64,000 nucleotides of DNA. Source: Candidatus Kaiserbacteria bacterium. Its GTDB lineage: Bacteria; Patescibacteriota; Minisyncoccia; Phycocordibacterales; UBA2100. The position numbers and the translations under genes are program-made. The notes beneath the pieces are model-generated. The model did not search any database. It saw only the letters and a program-made list of their open reading frames with translations, and was not told where the DNA came from. Positions 59,764-64,000 of this stretch are shown here, piece after piece. The stretch lies in NCBI GenBank assembly GCA_016432285.1, contig CP066682.1:794274-858273 (forward strand), in the 5' to 3' direction. Numbering within the stretch: the stretch's first letter is position 1; every line of letters starts with the position of its first letter.

Positions 59764-61077
59764 TTATTCAACTGCTTCGACGGAAGCGCCGAGTTGCTTG
59801 AGACGCTCATGGAGATTTTCGTAGCCGCGGTTGATTGGGTAGACATCCAAGAGCGTGGAATCACCCTCCGCCGCGAGCATGCCGATGAGAAGGAGCGTGG
59901 CGGGCCGCAGGGCCGGCGGGCATGAAACATCGGCCGCATGCAGCTTCGTGGGCCCCTCGATCTCCACGCGGTGCGGATCGATGAGCGTCATGCGCGCGCC
60001 GAGCTTTACCATTTCCATGTAGTGCTTCGCGCGGCCCTCGTACACCCAGTCGTGTATCAGCGTCTTCCCTTTTGCCTGCGTGGCCACCGGCACGAAAAAG
60101 GGCAGATTGTCGATGTTGATGCCGGGGTACGGGCGTGGCGCGATCTTTTCGGGCGCCGCCACCAAATCCGACGCGTGGATCGTGATGTCGCGCAGAATCG
60201 TGTGGCCGTTCTCCGCGGCGTAGCTTTCGCCCCGCGAGTGCTTCAAGCCCATGTGCTCAAGCGTGAAGAGCTCGAGTTCGAGAAAATCGATCGGGCAACG
60301 TTTTATGGTGATCTCCGAGCCGGTCGTCGCCGCAAGCGCGATGAAAAACATCGATTCGATCGGATCTTCGCTCGGGTAGCCGTGCGCCTCAATCGCGATG
60401 TCGCGAAGGCCATGCACCACGAGCGTCGAGGTGCCGAGCCCCTCGATCCGCACGCCGCAGTGCTGCAAGAAAACGCAGAGATCCTGCACCATATAATTCG
60501 CGCTCGCGAATTTGATGGTCGTGATGCCGGGGATTTTCGCCGCCGCCATGAGCACGTTCTCCGCGCCGGTGTCCGACGCCTCGTACATAACGATCTCTGT
60601 CGATCGCGGTTTTGTGAGATCGCTCGATTCCACGTGGTACGACTGGCCGTCCTGGTTGCCGCTCACACGAATCCCGAGACGCGCGAGTGCGTCGATGTGT
60701 GAGCCGAGGCTGCGCTTCCCGAGGTCGCACCCCGTGGGCGCTGGGAGCTCAAAATCGCCGAGCAGGTGCGCGAGCGGGGCGATGAAAAGCGCGATGGAGC
60801 GCGTGCGGCGCGCCGCCGCTACGTCGAGATGTGTGAGGTCGACTTTTTCAGGAGGCGTGATCCGCATATCTCCCGATGGATCCCACACGATTTTCACGCC
60901 GATGCTCTCCATCACTTCCAAGAGGCGCTTCACCTCCTCGATGCGCGGCATGCGCTTCAGTACCGTCTCGCCGCGATTGAGGAGCGAGGCCGCGAGGAGT
61001 GCCAGCGCCGCGTTCTTCGAGACGTTGGTGGTAACCGTGCCGGAGAGCTTTTTGCCGCCGCTGACCTTATAGTTCAT
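59764..61077 (-). CDS. murA: UDP-GlcNAc enolpyruvyl transferase
   Basis: SKNAAL, PTGCDLGKR (active-site Cys), ENVLMAA, PYPG, RGYE. Confidence 0.93.
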   Translation of the reverse strand: MNYKVSGGKKLSGTVTTNVSKNAALALLAASLLNRGETVLKRMPRIEEVKRLLEVMESIGVKIVWDPSGDMRITPPEKVDLTHLDVAAARRTRSIALFIAPLAHLLGDFELPAPTGCDLGKRSLGSHIDALARLGIRVSGNQDGQSYHVESSDLTKPRSTEIVMYEASDTGAENVLMAAAKIPGITTIKFASANYMVQDLCVFLQHCGVRIEGLGTSTLVVHGLRDIAIEAHGYPSEDPIESMFFIALAATTGSEITIKRCPIDFLELELFTLEHMGLKHSRGESYAAENGHTILRDITIHASDLVAAPEKIAPRPYPGINIDNLPFFVPVATQAKGKTLIHDWVYEGRAKHYMEMVKLGARMTLIDPHRVEIEGPTKLHAADVSCPPALRPATLLLIGMLAAEGDSTLLDVYPINRGYENLHERLKQLGASVEAVE

Positions 61078-61150
61078 GGTGGCCATTATACTTTTTTATC
61101 TGTCCCCAGACAGCGCTACGCATGCTGTTGGCAAGAGCTATCATTGACAC

Positions 61151-61690
61151 ATGGGTGAAGGTCTCGAAGGCAAGAACAATAAAAAGATGTCGAGGGGCAA
61201 GGCCATGCTCGCGGCAATCGGTATGGTAGCTGCGGCTGAAGCTGCGATTCCTGCCAATACGGCCGGAGCGCAAACTATTGAGCAGTACTCTCATGACGAG
61301 CGGGTTGGGCAGGACCCGAGGATCGCGAGGTTGCCCAAAGAAACGACCTTATTTCAAACAGCCGGCAAGGGTCAGATGAATATTGTGGACGGGGCGACGC
61401 TCGATCCGAAGATCACCCATATCTACCAGACGACGAGAGGAGGTGCGAATATCGTTAAGAACAAGAGACTCATGAGGCCGGACATTGTGATCATACAGGA
61501 GGGTGGTGCTAACGTGGTTAGCGGCGAAGACCCTAACATCACCATCGATGGTCGCGGCAACATCAACGTCACAGGCAGAGGCAATGCCGTCAGCGGAGAG
61601 CCCGTTCCAAAGGTAGAAATGCCGGATAAGTGGCCGTTTACCGACAAAGACAACCCCTTCAAAAAACCGGGCTGGCCGTTCAATAAGTAA
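61151..61690 (+). CDS. Hypothetical secreted protein
   Basis: Basic then hydrophobic N-terminus with AxA site; Gly/Asn beta-rich repeats (GGANIV/GGANVV). Confidence 0.65.
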   Translation: MGEGLEGKNNKKMSRGKAMLAAIGMVAAAEAAIPANTAGAQTIEQYSHDERVGQDPRIARLPKETTLFQTAGKGQMNIVDGATLDPKITHIYQTTRGGANIVKNKRLMRPDIVIIQEGGANVVSGEDPNITIDGRGNINVTGRGNAVSGEPVPKVEMPDKWPFTDKDNPFKKPGWPFNK

Positions 61691-61697
61691 TTTTCAG

Positions 61698-61769
61698 TGC
61701 GCGTGCTTGGAATCGGACCAAGGGCCTCCATCTTATCAGGATGGCGTTCTACCACTGAACTACACGCGC
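61698..61769 (-). tRNA. tRNA-Ile(GAT)
   Basis: GCGCGTG/CACGCGC-A acceptor stem; CCATC-CTGATAA-GATGG anticodon arm; T-loop TCCGATT. Confidence 0.93.
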
Positions 61770-61874
61770 TTTTTTCTATCGCGGGGAATGGTAGCAAAAA
61801 TGGAGCTTCGATGCTACTTTCCCCTGTAGGCCGGACAGCAGCATTACTGCCATCCCCGGTCGCACGGAGGTGTC

Positions 61875-62174
61875 ATGGCCCACCACGGTCAAACCAAAAA
61901 CAACCATCGTGCGCGCGACAACCAAAACTGGAGGCCGCGCAACGGAAACGGGAAGACTGGCAAGAGGAAGGAGAAACAGGGCGGGCATCGCAACAAATAC
62001 GCGGCCCACAGCCGTGCCGCGGATCGTCAGCGCGATCTCGCGAGCGGCAAGGGCGCGCTCTTGCTCGACAGCACGCCCCTCGTACAGGAGCCTCAGCGTC
62101 AGAAGGAGCGCTGGGATTCCGGTATGGTGCCCCGCAACTGCTACCGCTCGAGTTCGGGCAACTTCGACTTCTGA
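61875..62174 (+). CDS. Small basic hydrophilic hypothetical protein (99 aa)
   Basis: GGAGG SD upstream and a terminator downstream. Confidence 0.55.
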   Translation: MAHHGQTKNNHRARDNQNWRPRNGNGKTGKRKEKQGGHRNKYAAHSRAADRQRDLASGKGALLLDSTPLVQEPQRQKERWDSGMVPRNCYRSSSGNFDF

Positions 62175-62208
62175 ACTGCCTGGCAGCAACATTCGTTCGA
62201 AGCATTCA

Positions 62209-62246
62209 GCCGGTCCCGCGCTTCGCGGGACCGGCACTTCCTTTTT
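62209..62246 (+). terminator. Terminator between convergent genes
   Basis: 12-bp stem gccggtcccgcg/cgcgggaccggc followed by a T-rich tract. Confidence 0.75.
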
Positions 62247-62253
62247 AATATCT

Positions 62254-63378
62254 CTACCTCACCGCTGTGTACCCGCCACTGACGCCACGCGGCGACAAGA
62301 CGATCTGCCAGAGCTGCGATTCGCGCGCGCGGAAAGCGCCTGCGCACGAAAGGAGGTAGAACTTCCACATGCGAAAGAAACGCTCGTCATATTTTTCCCG
62401 GAGCTGCGGCCAGTGCCGTTCGAAATTTTCAAACCACGCGAGCAGCGTCTTTTCGTAGTCAGCGCCGAAATTGTGCCAGTCTTCGAGCACGAAGAGCCGG
62501 TCCGTCGCGGCCGCGATCTGCGCCGCCGAAGGGAGTATACCGTTGGGAAAAATGTACTTGTCGATCCACGGGTCAGCGATCAGCGATGTGTGTTTGAAGC
62601 CGATGGCATGAAGAAGAAAGAGTCCGTCGTCCTTGAGAAGGCGGCGTGCCAGGCGAAAGAAGGTCTTGTAGTTTTTGTGGCCCACGTGCTCAAACATGCC
62701 GACCGATACGATCTTGTCATACGGCCCGTCGGCTATGTCCCGGTAATCCTGGAGCCGAATATCGACGGGAAGGCCCGCAGCGCGCTCCCGCGCGAGCGCG
62801 GCCTGTTCCTTCGAGATGGTAACGCCGACCACATGCGCGCCGTAGCGCTCGGCGGCAAAGACCGCGAAGCTCCCCCACCCGCACCCGATGTCGAGCACGC
62901 GCTCGCCCTGCTTCAGACCAATTTTGCGGCAGATGAGGTCGAGCTTCGCCTCCTGCGCGCCGTCCAAATCCTTTACGTCTTTCCAGTACCCGCACGAGTA
63001 GGCCATACGCCGATCGAGCATGCGCTCGTAGAGGTCGTTGCCGATGTCGTAGTGGCGGTACGCCACCTCTTTCGCGCGGCGCTTGCCCTGCAAATTGAGG
63101 AGCCGGTGCCGCAGGGCCGAGAGCGCGAGGGGTATCACGTTGATCGCGCGGATTTTTCGCGCCTGGCGCGAGCGCAACACTCGTGCGATGAGCTCGGGCA
63201 GATCCGCGACGTCCCACGAACCGTCCATGTAACCTTCGCCGACGGCGATAAGCCCATGGGAAAAGATGCGCCCAAAGATGCGCTCGTCGCGAATCTGCGG
63301 ATCCCAGGCATGAGGGCCATCGAGCACCACGCCCGCGGGCTCAAGCAATTCCTGCAAGACTTCTTTGTGATTTTTCAT
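62254..63378 (-). CDS. cfa: Cyclopropane-fatty-acyl-phospholipid synthase
   Basis: HYDIGNDLY, YSCGYW, LDIGCGWG, SVGMFEHVG, WIDKYIFPNG, RMWKFYL. Confidence 0.96.
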   Translation of the reverse strand: MKNHKEVLQELLEPAGVVLDGPHAWDPQIRDERIFGRIFSHGLIAVGEGYMDGSWDVADLPELIARVLRSRQARKIRAINVIPLALSALRHRLLNLQGKRRAKEVAYRHYDIGNDLYERMLDRRMAYSCGYWKDVKDLDGAQEAKLDLICRKIGLKQGERVLDIGCGWGSFAVFAAERYGAHVVGVTISKEQAALARERAAGLPVDIRLQDYRDIADGPYDKIVSVGMFEHVGHKNYKTFFRLARRLLKDDGLFLLHAIGFKHTSLIADPWIDKYIFPNGILPSAAQIAAATDRLFVLEDWHNFGADYEKTLLAWFENFERHWPQLREKYDERFFRMWKFYLLSCAGAFRARESQLWQIVLSPRGVSGGYTAVR

Positions 63379-63555
63379 GACGAAAGCGAAGCGCGACTGT
63401 GTGATTATACGCTGAATACAAAACACCCGGTCGGACAACTCGCTACCGAGGTTAAACCTCGGTACCGCGAGGCATCGCCTGCACGCCGTAGAAGTGTTCT
63501 TTTATATTTTAGCTTTGGAGAGATAATGAGCATCCGGTAGAAAAACCGCGCACAC

Positions 63556-63759
63556 ATGGAGGGCGTCATGCCACCCGCAGCACGTAGTTCTGTGAAGCGA
63601 TTGCCAGCAGGTTACAAGACGTACACGTACACGAGCCCCGGTTATTCGTTCCAGGAGTTCGTCGACACCGTGAAAAAAGATTTTGGCGGCAGTCTCGAGG
63701 GACTCACATTCGGGATCTGCTATTTCAGCGGCGTACTCACTGTCCGGCGCGCCGGGTAG
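63556..63759 (+). CDS. Small hypothetical protein
   Basis: ATG-initiated ORF followed by a hairpin at about 63795-63826. Confidence 0.4.
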   Translation: MEGVMPPAARSSVKRLPAGYKTYTYTSPGYSFQEFVDTVKKDFGGSLEGLTFGICYFSGVLTVRRAG

Positions 63760-63888
63760 ATCGGCGAAGATTCTGAGTCCGCATCGCGCACAGAAAACGG
63801 CGCGACCATCTCTGGCCGCGCCGTTTCCCTTATACACTCTTTTGTTCCGTCTGTTCCCTCGGTTTTGAAACGGTATATACTTATTCCC

Positions 63889-64000
63889 ATGATAGTTGAA
63901 CATCCGGACTCGCATGATGCCTTTAAGAATCCGGACGCGGCGGCAATCGATCTTGCAGTCGGGCATGCGAAAAATACGATCGAAAAGTATGGCGCGGCAG
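63889..64000 (+). CDS. Hypothetical protein, 5' part only (MIVEHPDSHDAF...)
   Basis: TATACT 7 nt upstream of the ATG; frame stays open to the window end. Confidence 0.5.
   Translation, partial: MIVEHPDSHDAFKNPDAAAIDLAVGHAKNTIEKYGAA

Noticed and set aside
61870-63540. 556-aa plus-strand ORF
   Set aside because: Antisense shadow of cfa that runs through a terminator

Overview
Bacterial chromosomal segment, most likely from a Patescibacteria/CPR (Parcubacteria-like) genome. This is an inference from gene content and from the many apparently leaderless genes. From left to right: secA; a ~1.1 kb nearly gene-free, highly structured region with a T-box-like leader, a 14-aa basic peptide and repeats; a ~40 kb surface-glycan locus (O-antigen-ligase/TPR protein, nonulosonic-acid genes, Wzx, GtrA, many GT2/GT4/GT-C enzymes, FnlA-type and C-methyl sugar genes) with an embedded Nudix/NDT/DeoC trio; surface and coupling-protein genes; rsmI-murC-murI-murD; a cobalamin riboswitch controlling two transcobalamin-like surface proteins; cofE-like/yhhQ; a 1.5 kb mini-island bounded by tRNA-Leu 3'-end repeats, carrying an RquA (rhodoquinone biosynthesis) homolog and two His-rich membrane proteins; then tRNA-Leu, purN-like, murA, tRNA-Ile and cfa. 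The best candidates for undescribed systems are the RquA mini-island and the B12-regulated transcobalamin-like pair. All protein calls come from motif recognition by eye; no database search was run.
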